Assembly (NCBI GenBank): GCA_965112155.1
Contig: OZ218098.1
Strand: one strand, 5' to 3'
Length of the DNA: 64,000 bases
Source of the DNA: Podarcis liolepis
Lineage: Eukaryota
Each line of letters starts with the position of its first letter. Position 1 is the stretch's first letter. The notes under the pieces are model-generated. The model made no database searches. It was not told the DNA's origin and saw only the letters and a list, made by a program, of their open reading frames with translations. Shown one piece after another: positions 63,519 to 64,000 of this stretch. The position numbers and the translations under genes are program-made.

Positions 63519-64000
63519 TACAAAGGTCCTTCACTCTCCCTCCACTCTGTCACAAAGCACAGCAACAAAATTCAAGAAGCAATATTTCAAACTCTGCTAG
63601 CAAATCCCAACATGACTCACATTTAGCTTCTTCTCTCCCTTCTCTGGGCAACTGGTTATGCCATGTGGAGGTCAGGTGGCCAAACTCCCTGCTGACCTTT
63701 GCCATTAATTATCTGTGATCAACTGCATACCCCTTCAGGACTCCAGTCCCCCCCTCCGACCCCATCACTCCCTTCGGCTTCTTTCCCTCCCAGCAAACAG
63801 CATATTTTTTCCCTTCCCCACACCTCTTGCCCCTCCCCCCCAGCAGAAGTATGTTCAACTAATTAAACTTTCATGCACACATAAGCTTGCCTGCATCGAC
63901 TGGCTCCTACTTTGCATTACCTTACTCCAGCATTAAGAAACCGGGACACAGTTGTGGGTGGTAGCGGGGGAGCTGCACTCCTAAACCTTCCATAAGTATG

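Overview
Eukaryotic (vertebrate) DNA from a squamate reptile, very probably a lacertid lizard (inferred from the Sauria SINE subfamily and the lizard CR1/L1/L2 and MITE content). Two convergent protein-coding genes are present. The 3' part of PHF21A/BHC80 lies on + (coding exons 889-13033, long 3'UTR to ~19.15 kb). It includes a 23-nt neuronal-type microexon that is mutually exclusive with the AT-hook exon across a 52-nt intron. The complete CDS of LARGE2/GYLTL1B lies on - (14 coding exons, 34289->22765, 2223 nt, 740 aa by my exon sum), with two GC-AG introns, a uORF and a LARGE1-like coiled-coil stem. A bipartite CpG island at ~43.1-45.5 kb is the probable LARGE2 promoter. The last ~19 kb are TE-rich with no recognisable coding exon, and the expected neighbour PEX16 was not found. 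I did not find a wholly new biological system. The best leads are splicing, translation and polyadenylation architecture, nested TE insertions and a palindrome-rich 116-bp duplication. All exon boundaries were read by eye and checked for reading-frame consistency; no database search was run.
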